From the NCBI RefSeq assembly GCF_006345805.1, contig NC_043019.1:20769360-20833359 (forward strand): 64,000 bases of DNA, written 5' to 3'. The position numbers and the translations under genes are program-made. Positions 52,075 to 64,000 of the stretch are shown here, one piece after another (the first letter of the stretch is position 1; each line of letters begins with the position of its first letter). The notes beneath the pieces were generated by a model that did not search any database, was not told the DNA's origin, and worked only from the letters and a program-made list of their open reading frames with translations. Source of the stretch: Octopus sinensis (Eukaryota).

Positions 52075-52270
52075 TATCAGGACGCCATGATAGATCGTTA
52101 GCTCCTACACGCATTTTTTCTCTCCTTGTTTTTTTCTTTGTATCTTTCTGTCGAAGAGCGTAGGCTCGAAACGTAAAAGACTTTTTCTATTCCTGAGCGC
52201 TATACTAATACATTTGTTTGTACTCCACCTGCCTTTGTCTTTTGTTTATTTTCATAAAGTTTCCCTTTAT
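52075..52270 (+). mobile_element. Short Penelope-like terminal fragment with hammerhead-like fold (52143-52180)
   Basis: TCTTT-CTGTCGA-A-GAGC(GTAG)GCTC-GAAA-CG-TA-AAAGA; flanked by TA-rich tracts. Confidence 0.5.
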
Positions 52271-52416
52271 ATATATATATATATACACTGCCAGATCTGA
52301 CTGGGCCTGATGAAGCCTTCCAGCTTCACAGGCCCCTGTTGAACCGTCCAACCCATGCTAGCATGGAGAACGGACGCTAAATGATGATGATGATGATGAT
52401 GATGATATATATATAT

Positions 52417-52450
<34 letters not shown>

Positions 52451-52981
52451 AGATTTAAGTGTGTGAATATCTTTGTGTCTGTGTTTGTCCCTCGCCTCCA
52501 TTTGACAACTAGTGTTGGTGTGTTTAATTCCTGATAACATAGCAGTTCAGTAAACAGTTTCCAATAGAATTAAGTAGTAGACTTTAAGAAAAAAAAAAGT
52601 GCTGGGGTCGATTCATTTCACTAAAAAATCTCCATGACCACAGTTTAATGACTGAAACAAGTAAAAAAGATAAAAGATAAAAGATGCCCCCCCCCCCACC
52701 GTTAACCTTGAGACTATGTCTTGACATATCTGTACCACCATCTCTCTATCTCTCATTCTCTAACTCTTTCTCTAACTCTTTCTTTCTGTCTCTCAGTCAT
52801 TCCTTCTAATTTTTTCCCTTTCTCCCCTTTCTTTTCCAACTTGGTTAGCCATGTGTCTCTTCTACAGCAAGACACCAAACTCAAAACTGCATCTCTATTT
52901 TACTTTTTAGCCTCTCATCAACTAGCACAAGGACACTTACCTCAATACTGCTGCCCCTTCCAGTCAAGGGATCCTTTATTT

Positions 52982-53876
52982 TAATAATAATAATAATAAT
53001 GAAATTATTGTATACAGTGCTCAGGTGCACCACAACTTGTCAGAAAGTGCATATAAAGTACATGCAGTAATGTAAAAATGTCTGGAAAGCGAACAATGTA
53101 TGAGTCAGATACATGCCTGTGTGTGTATGGAGGGGAGAAAATCAGGTGTAGTGTTGGCGAATCTCAGAAAGCATGGAAGTTTTGAAGGATGCAGTGCTCC
53201 GACAACTAACAACTGATGCCGGCAGTTTGTTCCATGCTTCAGCAACTCTCAGCGTGAAAAAATGTTTCCTGAAGTCATGGGAGCTGTGCTGTTTTCTGAC
53301 TTTGTAAATATGTCCACGGGTGTTAGATGGGTGGAGTTTGAAAAAGTGCTCAGAATTATTGTTTGTACGATGGTTGATAATTTTATGGGTGTCTGCCAAG
53401 TCAGCTGCCAGACGTCGGAGTTTCAATGTGTCCATGCCCAGGGAAGTAAGGCGTTCAGGATATGGCAAATGCCTGATGGAGGGTATTTTTTGGTTGCACA
53501 TCGCTGAACAGCTTCCAGACGATTGATATCCTGGGCAAGATAGGGGTTCCAGACCGGTGATGCAAATTCCAGGTGAGGTCTTACCATAGCTATATAAAGC
53601 CGCAGATAGATAGCCGGAGAGCGGCTCACAAAGGATTTGGTGAGTGATGCCAAGACACCCTCAGCCTTCTTGACAATTTTAGCGATGTGTTTTGTCCAAC
53701 GCAAATCACTGTCGACAATAATACCCAAGTCATGTTCACATGAAGACTTTTTGAGACTAGTGTTGTGGAGGGAGTAGGTGGACGCTGGGTTTCTCCTCCC
53801 AAAATGCATGGTGGTACATTTGTCCACAGCCAGCTTGAATTGCCAGTCCATGATCCACTGCTGCATTGTGTCCAGG
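52982..53876 (-). mobile_element. CR1-clade LINE, 5'-truncated, RT C-terminus plus 3' UTR and (ATT)n tail
   Basis: KCTTMHFG...DLGIIVDSDLRW..HI...VRPHLEFASPVWNPY...LEAVQR / ERLTSLGMDTLKLRRLAADL...FFTLRVAEAWNKLP; one frameshift near 53495. Confidence 0.93.
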
Positions 53877-54305
53877 GTTCAACCTAAAAAGCATACAGCA
53901 GACTCTGTAAAGTAGTCATCATTGGGAAAGGCATCAAAGCCTGGTACAGGCCTCTGGCTTGCCAGCCCCTGTCATACCACCTAACCCATGCCAGCATGGA
54001 AAATGGACATTAAATGATGATACATATATACATATATTTACACACAGATACACACACAAATATATATATATATGATGATGTATATACCCAAATATATATA
54101 TACAACATATAACATATATCTAATGAATCTTATGAAAAAATAGTAACATACTTCATAATATATCTTATTAAAAAATAGAAAAAGTTGAACATTGGCACCA
54201 AATCCTAGAAAAACAAGAATATTAACACAAATATGCAGTAATTACGAAGTATTAAGGCAGATTAGTTAATCTTTCAACAACAATAATCTGGTATATACGT
54301 ATGTT

Positions 54306-54351
<46 letters not shown>

Positions 54352-54937
54352 ATGTATGTACTTACACACAGGTACATATATACGTATGAGTGTTTGTGTG
54401 TGTGCATGAATGTACTTATATTATTGATGTGGTTGCTAAAATCAATTTGTTTTCTAATATGGCTGAGACAATTTGGTAGGAACCTCAGTTACATCTGGTG
54501 CATTGTGAGATGATATGTATATTTATATTTATTTATAATGTTTATAAAGAACTTATTAAAGTGCACAGCATTTAATTAATGAGTTAGTACTGCATATGTT
54601 TCATTATGTTCCAAAACAGATGTCTGGGAAAAGAATTAATGTTATTACACAGATAATTCTGTTATGAGTTTGTTGACTATAATGGTCACAGAGTACAGAT
54701 AATACATAATCATTATGTAGTTGTCACTGAAACACATGTAAAAGTGTTATGTGAAATTAATTTCATACTGTATTCTATACAGGTGTAAGCATGGCTGTAT
54801 GGTCGAGAACTTTGCTTCCTAACTATGTAGTCTCAGGTTCAGTCCCACAGTACAGCACCTTGGGCAAGTATCTTTTCTTATGGCCATGGGCTGACCAATA
54901 ACTTGAGTGGATTTGGTTGATGAAAACTGAAAGAAGA

Positions 54938-55108
54938 TAAGTAGCTTGCTTACCAACCACATGGTTCCAGGTTCAGTCCCAGTATGTGGCACCTTGGGCA
55001 AGTGTCTTCTACTATAGCTTTGGGCCGACCAAAGCCTTGTGAGTGGATTTGGTAGACGGAAACTGAAAGAAGCCTGTCGTATATATATATATATATAATA
55101 TATATATA

Positions 55109-55154
<46 letters not shown>

Positions 55155-55378
55155 GTATATGTTTGTGTGTGCGTGTTTGTCCCCCCAACATTGCTTGACA
55201 ACCGATGCTGGTGTGTTTACGCCCCCGTAACTTAGCGGTTCGGCAAAAGAGACCGATAGAATAAGTATTAGGTTTACAGAGAATAAGTTCTGGGGTCAAT
55301 TTGCTCGACCAAAGGCGGTGCTCCAGCATGGCCACAGACACATGACTGAAACAAGTAAAAGAGTAAAAGAGAGAGAGA
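54938..55378 (+). mobile_element. SINE family C, slightly 5'-truncated
   Basis: Matches family C. Confidence 0.85.
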
Positions 55379-55602
55379 GTAAATACTGTAATTTGTTCCC
55401 CTGGGATTGTGGTTTCAAATACAGCTCTATCTACCTTCTCTGCTATAAAAACAAGAACAGAGTAAAAGTTCATTAAGATTTGTTAAAGCCCAATTAGTGT
55501 TAAGGTAATTAAACAGGCAACAATGGAATGAAATAGAAGACCTAATATATAAAATACACAACATCCAGATTTACTAACAGGGAAAATAAATATTAATGGT
55601 TT

Positions 55603-55640
55603 TATCTATCTATCTGTCTGTCTGTCTATCTATCTGTCTG

Positions 55641-55672
<32 letters not shown>

Positions 55673-55705
55673 CTATCTTCTATCTATCTATCTATCTATC
55701 TATCT

Positions 55706-55757
<52 letters not shown>

Positions 55758-55791
55758 ATATCTCTATCTGTGTTATTGCCTGTCTGCTTGC

Positions 55792-55830
<39 letters not shown>
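55603..55830. repeat. (TCTA)n/(TCTG)n microsatellite
   Basis: Direct inspection. Confidence 0.92.
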
Positions 55831-55849
<19 letters not shown>

Positions 55850-55996
55850 GCACACACACGCACACACATACACACACACCTGTCTCCATCTTTTGTTTTT
55901 TGTGCATTTTGAACCATATATATTAGGGCTCGCACAAAAAACCGATAATTCCCAAAACTGAGTTCAAGTATAAGTAATTCTCAAAACCGGTTTTCG

Positions 55997-56262
55997 CGGG
56001 TACTACTTAAGAAGAGTGGTCCCGGTGCGCGCACTCGCGCATCCGCGCTAGCTAGTCGAGTCGTGACTAGTCGATCCTTACTTTGTGTTTTATTTACTTT
56101 GTTTAAAAAAATTTATTTACTTTGTGTAAAAAAATTATTTATTTTGTGTTTTATTTACTTTGCTAGGTAGTCGTTGTAGGATCGACTAGTCACGACTAGC
56201 TAGCGCGGATGCACGACTACGCGAGTGCGCGCACCGGGATCACTCTTCTTAAATAGTACCCG
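55997..56262. repeat. CpG-rich hairpin (MITE-like) inside the hAT element
   Basis: Arms cgggtactacttaagaagagtggtcccggtgcgcgcactcgcg... / ...cgcgagtgcgcgcaccgggatcactcttcttaaatagtacccg, around a tttattt-rich core. Confidence 0.75.
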
Positions 56263-56477
56263 AATTCTTAAGAGATTTCAAATCCATCTGTTACCATCTT
56301 GGGCTCTTCATTCATTTTCTTCATTGCGCTTGTGTATTTACAAATGAGTCCATTACCTTCATAAGTAGATGGGACAACAGTAACACTTGTTTTTAGGATC
56401 CCCCTATTTCATTTTCTTTGTATAATTCTGTTGTGTTCTCAGCCTCATGTTCAGGAAATAATCTCCTATATGTTTGT

Positions 56478-57146
56478 TCAGCATACTTCCTTAAATGTTG
56501 TTTCGTTAAAAAATAGAAAAGGTCCAGAAATTGACTCACCTTTAAATTTCCTTGGGTTATGTAAATACCTCAAGAGAGTCAAGGTTTCGACATTTCTTCT
56601 CTTATTATATCTATGCATAAGTCTTTCACGAAGATTTAGAGCCAAAGTGTTGCCGACGATATTAAGTTTATTCAATAAAAAGTCTATAGAATATTCCGCT
56701 TTCAGTAAATCCGTATTATCAGCGCAAATAGCCTTCAAAATAATTTCTACTGAATGCAGAATTTCATATAGTAAATTGAGAGATTTCCATTCTTCATCAG
56801 CGACGGCATCTGTGGAAAGTTCTGCTTGTAGAGCATTTGGAATGCAGCTTTTCAATTTCAAAAATCTCTCAATCATATGGAATGTGCTATTCCACCGAGT
56901 TCTGCAATCCAGTATAAGTTTATATTCTCTGTTATCAAAGTTCGCTCATACAAAATCTTGCAAAATTTCATTTTTTGTAGGAGATTTACGGAGAAGTTTT
57001 GACATTTTCCTTACCTTATTTAAAACTTTGTTAAATTCAGGTTTTAGCTGGGGAAAACAAGCATTTTCGTGAGCCAAATCTGTTTGATAAAGTATGTCTT
57101 GTTGGCTTATGTCAGCTTCATCACTGTCGTCTGTTATGGCGATCAC
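56478..57146 (-). pseudogene. hAT transposase fragment
   Basis: ...LNKVRKMSKLLRKSP..NEILQDFV*...LILDCRTRWNSTFHMIERFLKLK...EEWKSL; in-frame TGA at 56946-56948. Confidence 0.88.
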
Positions 57147-58225
57147 TATCGTCTGTTATAACGATCACTATCGTCTGTTATAGCGATCTCTTCGCTTTTT
57201 TTTATTATCAAAAAACTTAATGTTAGTTCCTTGAAATGAATCTGGAACTGGTTATTACATATGCTCAACGGGAAAGATCACTCGACTGAAGACTAATAGC
57301 ATCCCCTGGACTTGCTATGAATAAACTCGGTTACCTGCAAATTCAAAGAGTCAGCCAGGTTAGCGAAGGAGATGACAAGGTGCTGATCTAAGGTTCAAGG
57401 GGAAAGAAAGTGAGAATTGATATGTTGCGATATGTTTCAATGAAACACAGCACTCTCAACTAAAGCCGACCGACAACAGTTCAGTTAGCTCAGTTTCAAC
57501 GATCAAAAGAAAAAATGGAGAAATATTTTACGAAAAAAAACAAAAAAAAAAAAACAAAATAGCGAATCTTTTCACTCTGTTGCGGCACATTTAAAAAATA
57601 GTTATTTGTAACTAAATACTTTTAAACTTCGTATATTGGTAGAATGTGTTACATAAAACATCTTTTATCGAAAAGATCCGAAACAGCAAGCCTTAAAATC
57701 AGTTTTGGCAAATCGGTTTCGGTTTTACTGATCATAATATAAAACCGGTTTCGAGGCCTAATATATATATATATATATATTATTATATTATAATATATAT
57801 ATTGACGTCGTTTATTAATTCTTAGCCAACCAAAGCCTTGTGAGTGGATTTGGTAGATGGAAACTGAAAGTAGCCCATCATGTGCGTGTGTGTGTGTGTG
57901 TGTGGTGTGTGTGCATGCATGTGTGTGAGAATGCATGTGACCTAGTAGTTAAGCTGTTGCACTCACAATTGCTAGATTGTGGGTTCAATTTCTGGACGAC
58001 TGAATGTCATGTGTTTTTGAGCAAGACACTTCATTTCACATTGCTCCAGTTCACTTGCACTTGATTGTAAATGGGTATACCCGCATCAGAGTAGCCTTCC
58101 AGTTGGGGGAGAATATTGGCCTGTTCATCTAGCCGGCAGGATGGCATCATTCAAAAGCTAAAATGATGCAAAGTGAATTGTGACTAACAATGAATAACAA
58201 CATCCAATAGTCTGGTTAATCATGT

Positions 58226-58765
58226 GATACATACATACATACATACATGCATGCATGCATACATACATAAATACATACATACATACATACATACATACAT
58301 ACATGCATGCATGCATGCATTCATGCATACATACATACATACATACATGCATTCATACATACATTCATATACACGTACATACATACATACATACATGCAT
58401 ACATACATACATACATATATGCACATACATACATACATACATACATACATACATAAATACATATACACATACATACATGCATATACACATACATACATAC
58501 ATACATGCATACATACATGCATGCATTCATGCATACATACTTACTTACATACATACATACATACACACATACATACATACATACATACATACATACATAC
58601 ATACATTCATACATACATATACACATACATACATACATACATGCATACATACATGCATGCATACATACATACATACATACATACATGCATTCATACATAC
58701 ATACATACATACATGCATTCATGCATACATACTTACTTACATACATACACACATACACACACACA

Positions 58766-58797
<32 letters not shown>

Positions 58798-58989
58798 CAC
58801 ATACATACATACATACATATACACATACATACATGCATGCATACATACATACATACATGCATGCATGCATTCATACATAGATACATAGATACATACATAC
58901 ATACATATATACATACATACATACATACATATACACATACATACATGCATACATACATACATACATACATGCATGCATGCATTCATACA

Positions 58990-59024
<35 letters not shown>
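58226..59024. repeat. ~800-bp (CATA)n array with CATG/CATT variants
   Basis: Direct inspection. Confidence 0.95.
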
Positions 59025-59027
<3 letters not shown>

Positions 59028-59529
59028 GGATGGATTCTCTTGTCATGAACAACAAGTGAGAGTTCAGTAAAATAAAACCTTGATCCTGTTCTATGGACAT
59101 GAGCGTGTCTCTTGAGGCCTGCTGGTGCCTTGTAAACCTTTAGACAAAGGGATCAAGTTGGGGACTCAGTTTTCTTGAGTGTTTGTGGATCATTTACCAC
59201 GTGTTTTCTTGAGTGGGCAGCTCAAGGAATGATTACTTCACAATGTCCCTTGAAAAGTTAATTTAAATAGCGAAAACCAGTTGCATATCACATTTTATGA
59301 GACTTCTACCATCCATAAAATATGTATATATATTTTTTTATAAAACGATATTAAAGCTATGTGAAATGAAGGCATTTCTCTTTCCCTTTTTATATGTGTT
59401 TTCTACATATTTTCACTTTATAATTTTGCCACGTGGTGTATACTGATTCTCCAGCATTTTTGCTACTCTTATATATATATATATATAAATATATACACAT
59501 ATATATACACATATATATATATAATATAT

Positions 59530-59567
<38 letters not shown>

Positions 59568-59570
59568 TAC

Positions 59571-59787
59571 TCTACTCTTACTCTTTACTCTTTTACTTGT
59601 TTCAGTCATTTGACTGTGGCCATGCTGGAGCACCGCCTTTAGTCGAGCAAATCGACCCCGGGACTTATTCTTTGTAAGCCCAGTACTTATTCTATCGATC
59701 TCTTTTGCCGAACCGCTAAGTGACGGGGACGTAAACACACCAGCATCGGTTGTCAAGCAATGCTAGAGGGACAAACACACACACATT

Positions 59788-59818
<31 letters not shown>

Positions 59819-59822
59819 CTAT

Positions 59823-59870
<48 letters not shown>

Positions 59871-60041
59871 CATATATACGACAGGCTTCTTTCAGTTTCC
59901 GTCTACCAAATCCACTCACAAGGCATTGGTCGGCCCCGGGGCTATAGCAGAAGACACTTGCCCAAGATGCTACGCAGTGGGACTGAACCCGGAACCATGT
60001 GGTTGGTTAGCAAGCTACTTACCACACAGCCACACTGCGCC

Positions 60042-60042
<1 letters not shown>
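59571..60042 (-). mobile_element. SINE family C with expanded internal (TA)n
   Basis: Matches family C. Confidence 0.88.
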
Positions 60043-60109
<67 letters not shown>

Positions 60110-60770
60110 ACACACACACATACATATATATACATGCACATACATATATAATATCATACACACCCATCCACATACACTCATCTATATATTATTCTTTTTT
60201 CAAATGGTGGATCTTGAAGTATTTAACGTGCTAAATAATTTATAGAAAAGGGTAAAAGGTTGTTGATAGGACATAGAATTTACATCTGCAACCACGATAG
60301 GCATTCAGCCACTATTTTAGCATGGAAACAAAATGCATGTATCTCCAGGAGTTGATAAAATAGGAGTAAAATGTATATTATGGGAGGTGAAAATAACGGG
60401 AATGGGTTAAATAAAAAGATAAAAGAAAACTTCTGAGCCAATGAGATCTGTTAAGGAGATTAAGAGATTATTGAAAATCTAGTTTTGTTGTGATGATTAG
60501 TATGACGTTATAGGTCACTGATTGCGTGTAATTGAGGTGGGGAGAGAAAGAGAGAGAGAGCAAGAGAGAAAAGGAGAGCGAGAGAGAGACCAGCTTCTTC
60601 CTGGTATTTTTCCTCCATTTTCTTCTTGCATATAATTTGAACTACAGTTTACCTGCTGAATTACCTGCTACTGTATACCTTTACCAAGGACTGTACCTAT
60701 GCAACTAATCACCAGGAGTGCCTTTGGATTTAACCATCCCTTAGAGGTTTTAAACACCTCTAACTTATAC

Positions 60771-60934
60771 CACGCTCAGAGTTGCTGAAGCATGGAATAA
60801 ACTGCCTGCGTCAGTTGTTGACTGCCATGACACTGCATCCTTTAAGGCCCTCATGCTTTCCGAAATCCGCCGAAACTACACCTGATTATATATACACTTT
60901 AGATGAGTTGTAGTGCACCTGAGCACTGTACACA

Positions 60935-60950
<16 letters not shown>
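60771..60950 (+). mobile_element. CR1 extreme 3' fragment
   Basis: TLRVAEAWNKLPASVV..MLSEIRRNYT* then gtgcacctgagcactgtacacaa(tta)n, homologous to the 53-kb CR1. Confidence 0.85.
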
Positions 60951-60966
<16 letters not shown>

Positions 60967-61107
60967 TATATTAATATATATATATACTTTGGGTATGGTA
61001 GATGAGATCAGCAAAAATTTAGATTTAGATGAATATGGTATTTAAGTTGAGGCACCAGAATTTAGTATGGTATTATCCATTACAATTTCAAAGTAAGGGG
61101 GATTATT

Positions 61108-61180
61108 AAATCAAAATAAGCAACAAGGATATCCAGAGGTAATGCAGTACCTCTGGATATCCTTGTTGCTTATTTTGATT

Positions 61181-61181
<1 letters not shown>
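61108..61181. repeat. Perfect 34-bp hairpin with 6-nt loop
   Basis: aaatcaaaataagcaacaaggatatccagaggta-atgcag-tacctctggatatccttgttgcttattttgattt. Confidence 0.9.
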
Positions 61182-61208
<27 letters not shown>

Positions 61209-61211
<3 letters not shown>

Positions 61212-61369
61212 CATTCAAAAATATAAGGAATGGCCATAATAGGACATTCAACTCACTAGAAAGAGCAGCCAAACTCAAACCACTAATAGTTGTAGCGGTT
61301 TGAGTTTGGCTGCTCTTTCTAGTGAGTCGAATGTCCTATTATGGCCATTCCTTATATTTTTGAATGTAT
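61209..61369. repeat. ~77-bp-arm hairpin in (TA)n
   Basis: Arms 61209-61285 and 61293-61369, 7-nt loop, about two mismatches. Confidence 0.9.
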
Positions 61370-61458
61370 ATTATATAGTCTTTGACTATCTTTTCTTTCT
61401 CACTGGACTGCTGGTAGCGGAGAATTTTTTCTAGAATTTTTTGCTACCCTTATATTTA

Positions 61459-61496
<38 letters not shown>

Positions 61497-61541
61497 AATG
61501 TGGTTGTTACATGTCAAAAATCAGCGGAAATACTGTCAGTG

Positions 61542-61613
61542 GGCAGTTTAGCTTAACAGTAAAGCACTCAGCCGGTGTCTTGGGGAATGTGGGTTCGACT
61601 CCCATGGCTGTTT
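61542..61613 (+). pseudogene. tRNA-like sequence (possible Thr-GGT pseudogene or SINE head)
   Basis: D stem GCTT/AAGC; T arm GTGGG-TTCGACT-CCCAT; acceptor stem pairs mostly by G-T; anticodon stem has a mismatch. Confidence 0.4.
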
Positions 61614-62163
61614 GTTAACAACTTTTTCCACTTTGGAAGGGTAATAATACCCTATTTTTCTGCTGTTTTAACAGCAATACTCTGGTCAAAATATCACTTT
61701 CTTATCTGTATCATATAATACACATTTGATGCTTCTAAGAAACAAATGTAAGTTTGTTTATTACACACATGATTGTTTACCAGTGGCACATAAAAAGCAC
61801 CATTCAAGCATGACCAATACCAGTATCAACTGGCACCCATGCCAGTGGCATGTAAAATGTACCATTCAGCATGACCAATGCCAGTGATGCCTGACTGTCA
61901 CCTGTGCTGGTGGCACATAAAAAGCACCCACTACACTCTAAGTGGTTGGCATTAGGAAGGGCATCCAGCTGTAGAAACCTTGCCAAATCAGATTGGGGCC
62001 TGGTGCAGCCTCCCGGTGTACCAGGTTTAAGCCCAGCCTCATGCTTCTGTTCTGTTCCACTGTGTGACAATGGGGAGTTGTGTCTTCTACTAAATCCACA
62101 AGCCAAGAGTGAGTATGTGAGGGATATAGAAAAAGAGGAAGTGTGAGTGTGTGTGTATGTGAG

Positions 62164-62197
<34 letters not shown>

Positions 62198-62199
62198 AG

Positions 62200-62620
62200 T
62201 ATTTCTTTATTCACCATAAGGTTGAGAAAAGAGGGGACAAACAAACGTTGGGGTCAGGGTATCGAATGAGACGAAACGTATGAATAAACAAACAATTAAA
62301 ATACATACAATTAAATGAGAATGAGTGAATAACAAAAAATTAAGCAGAGGACGCGGTTGACCCCACAAACCACATACTCACACTGAAGACTTTGCTTTCT
62401 CCTTTTTTACATTCTCGATTAAACAGGTTCTTTCACTCACAACATACTTGCTATAGACTTCCATCTTTTACGAAACACACTTTGCGACAGGCATTTCTTC
62501 TCCAGCCTTATTTTCCGTTTCATGTGGAAAACGAAAAAGTCGATTAGCACGAGACTGGAGATGAACATGCCTGTTGCAATTCCTTTTACTCTCGTCTTCC
62601 ACACTACTTCTTTCGCGAGA
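62200..62620 (-). mobile_element. Tx1-like LINE 3' end
   Basis: LAKEVVWKTRVKGIATGMFISSLVLIDFFVFHMKRKIRLEKKCLSQSVFRKRW; UTR ends tttgtttgtcccctc...aataaagaaata. Confidence 0.75.
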
Positions 62621-62842
62621 GATAGACTGACAGATAGAGAGTTGTCCTTGTGATGGCTGATAATAATATCAACAGGATATTACATAATTTTTTTTTTGGT
62701 TGCTGGACTGGAAGTTAGGGAAGCCATTTAGGAATCCTAATGAGTTTTGGAAGCTGATTTCTCCCAGAATAATATTGTGTTGGCAGTACATAACACCACC
62801 CATTTGGTATTAAAAGGCTTTTAGACTTACATTACTTCCATC

Positions 62843-62995
62843 TATCTATCTATCTATTTGTCTATATCTATCTATCTATCTATCTATTCTATCTATCTAT
62901 CTATATATCTATCTATCTAATCTATCTATCTATCTATAGATCTATCTATCATCTATCTATCTATCTATCTATTCTATCTATCTATCTATCTAATA

Positions 62996-63058
<63 letters not shown>

Positions 63059-63059
63059 A

Positions 63060-63135
<76 letters not shown>
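62843..63135. repeat. (TCTA)n microsatellite
   Basis: Direct inspection. Confidence 0.95.
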
Positions 63136-63136
<1 letters not shown>

Positions 63137-63631
63137 GTATATTTATATATCTATATGTCTGTCTGTCTATATGTATGTGTCTATCTCTCCCTCCCCCTCT
63201 CTCTTTACATGTACACACACACACACACATGAACCTAGATCTATGTGTGTGTGTGTCTATATATTTATACAGATACATATGTATATACATATATATACAT
63301 ACATATACATACATACATACATACACATATATATACACACACACATGCAATGTATTAACATACACTGCATGTACCACGTTCTCGCGTTGTCTATTTATTG
63401 TTTTTCATAGTTTTTTAAATTGATTATATATATATACACACACACACACAAAAGAAAACTACCCTTTAATAGGTAATTTATACATGCTAGAAATAGCATC
63501 CAACATGGCCAAAACCATGATTTTATATATATGTATATATATATATATATACTACACACACACGTATACATAATATATATTATATATAATATATATGCAT
63601 GTATATAAATGTATATACATACATATAATAT

Positions 63632-63676
<45 letters not shown>

Positions 63677-63953
63677 CAAAATAAGAAAATGGAGAAATAC
63701 ATCCAAATCAAATATCAATTACCAGATAATACCCAATCACATACTTTATTAAACCACCACATAAGAAACTTTAAGGTCAAACATAATAATATAGAACAAA
63801 ACAGTGTACATGAAGGAGTAATATGATACAATAAGTACAATATGTATAAGAGAATATAAATATAAATAAATAGCAGTATATTGGATATATGTTATCCCAT
63901 GGAGGGTTGCATTTACAACCCCTATCTCAATTTATATATATAATATATAATAT

Positions 63954-63988
<35 letters not shown>

Positions 63989-64000
63989 TATAATATATTA

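Larger units (their letters stand above)
55924..57760 (-). mobile_element. Internally deleted hAT DNA transposon
   Basis: Ends TAGGGCTCG / CGAGGCCTA; 8-bp flanks ATATATAT on both sides (weak evidence inside a TA tract); contains transposase remnant. Confidence 0.8.

Noticed and set aside
56431-57072. 213-aa plus-strand ORF
   Set aside because: Antisense shadow of the hAT transposase remnant.

Overview
This is repeat-saturated eukaryotic DNA. The SINE families and microsatellite load resemble coleoid cephalopod (octopus-like) genomes; that assignment is my inference. I find no intact host protein-coding gene, rRNA or CRISPR array. Most ORFs in the track are translated microsatellites, SINE bodies or antisense shadows. 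Supported content: (1) at least five tRNA-headed or tailed SINE families in dozens of copies, several with clear TSDs. (2) LINE remnants of the Tx1/L1, RTE, CR1 and R4/Dong types. (3) An internally deleted hAT element, a mariner remnant and several MITEs. (4) Three Helitron/Helentron-like non-autonomous elements. (5) A U6 snRNA retrocopy fused to a stem-loop retroelement tail. The most interesting signal is a set of type I hammerhead-ribozyme folds in unrelated short elements, often arranged as foldbacks or terminally redundant units next to (TA)n tracts, as in Penelope-like elements and retrozymes. One has a canonical core (27638-27698, minus), one a compensatory U3-A8 core (22496-22537), and three more are variant or decayed. 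Also notable: the dominant SINE shares its 3' tail with the Tx1 LINE 3' ends in this window and forms multimers with one recurrent junction. All alignments, folds and translations were done by eye; no database search or folding program was run.
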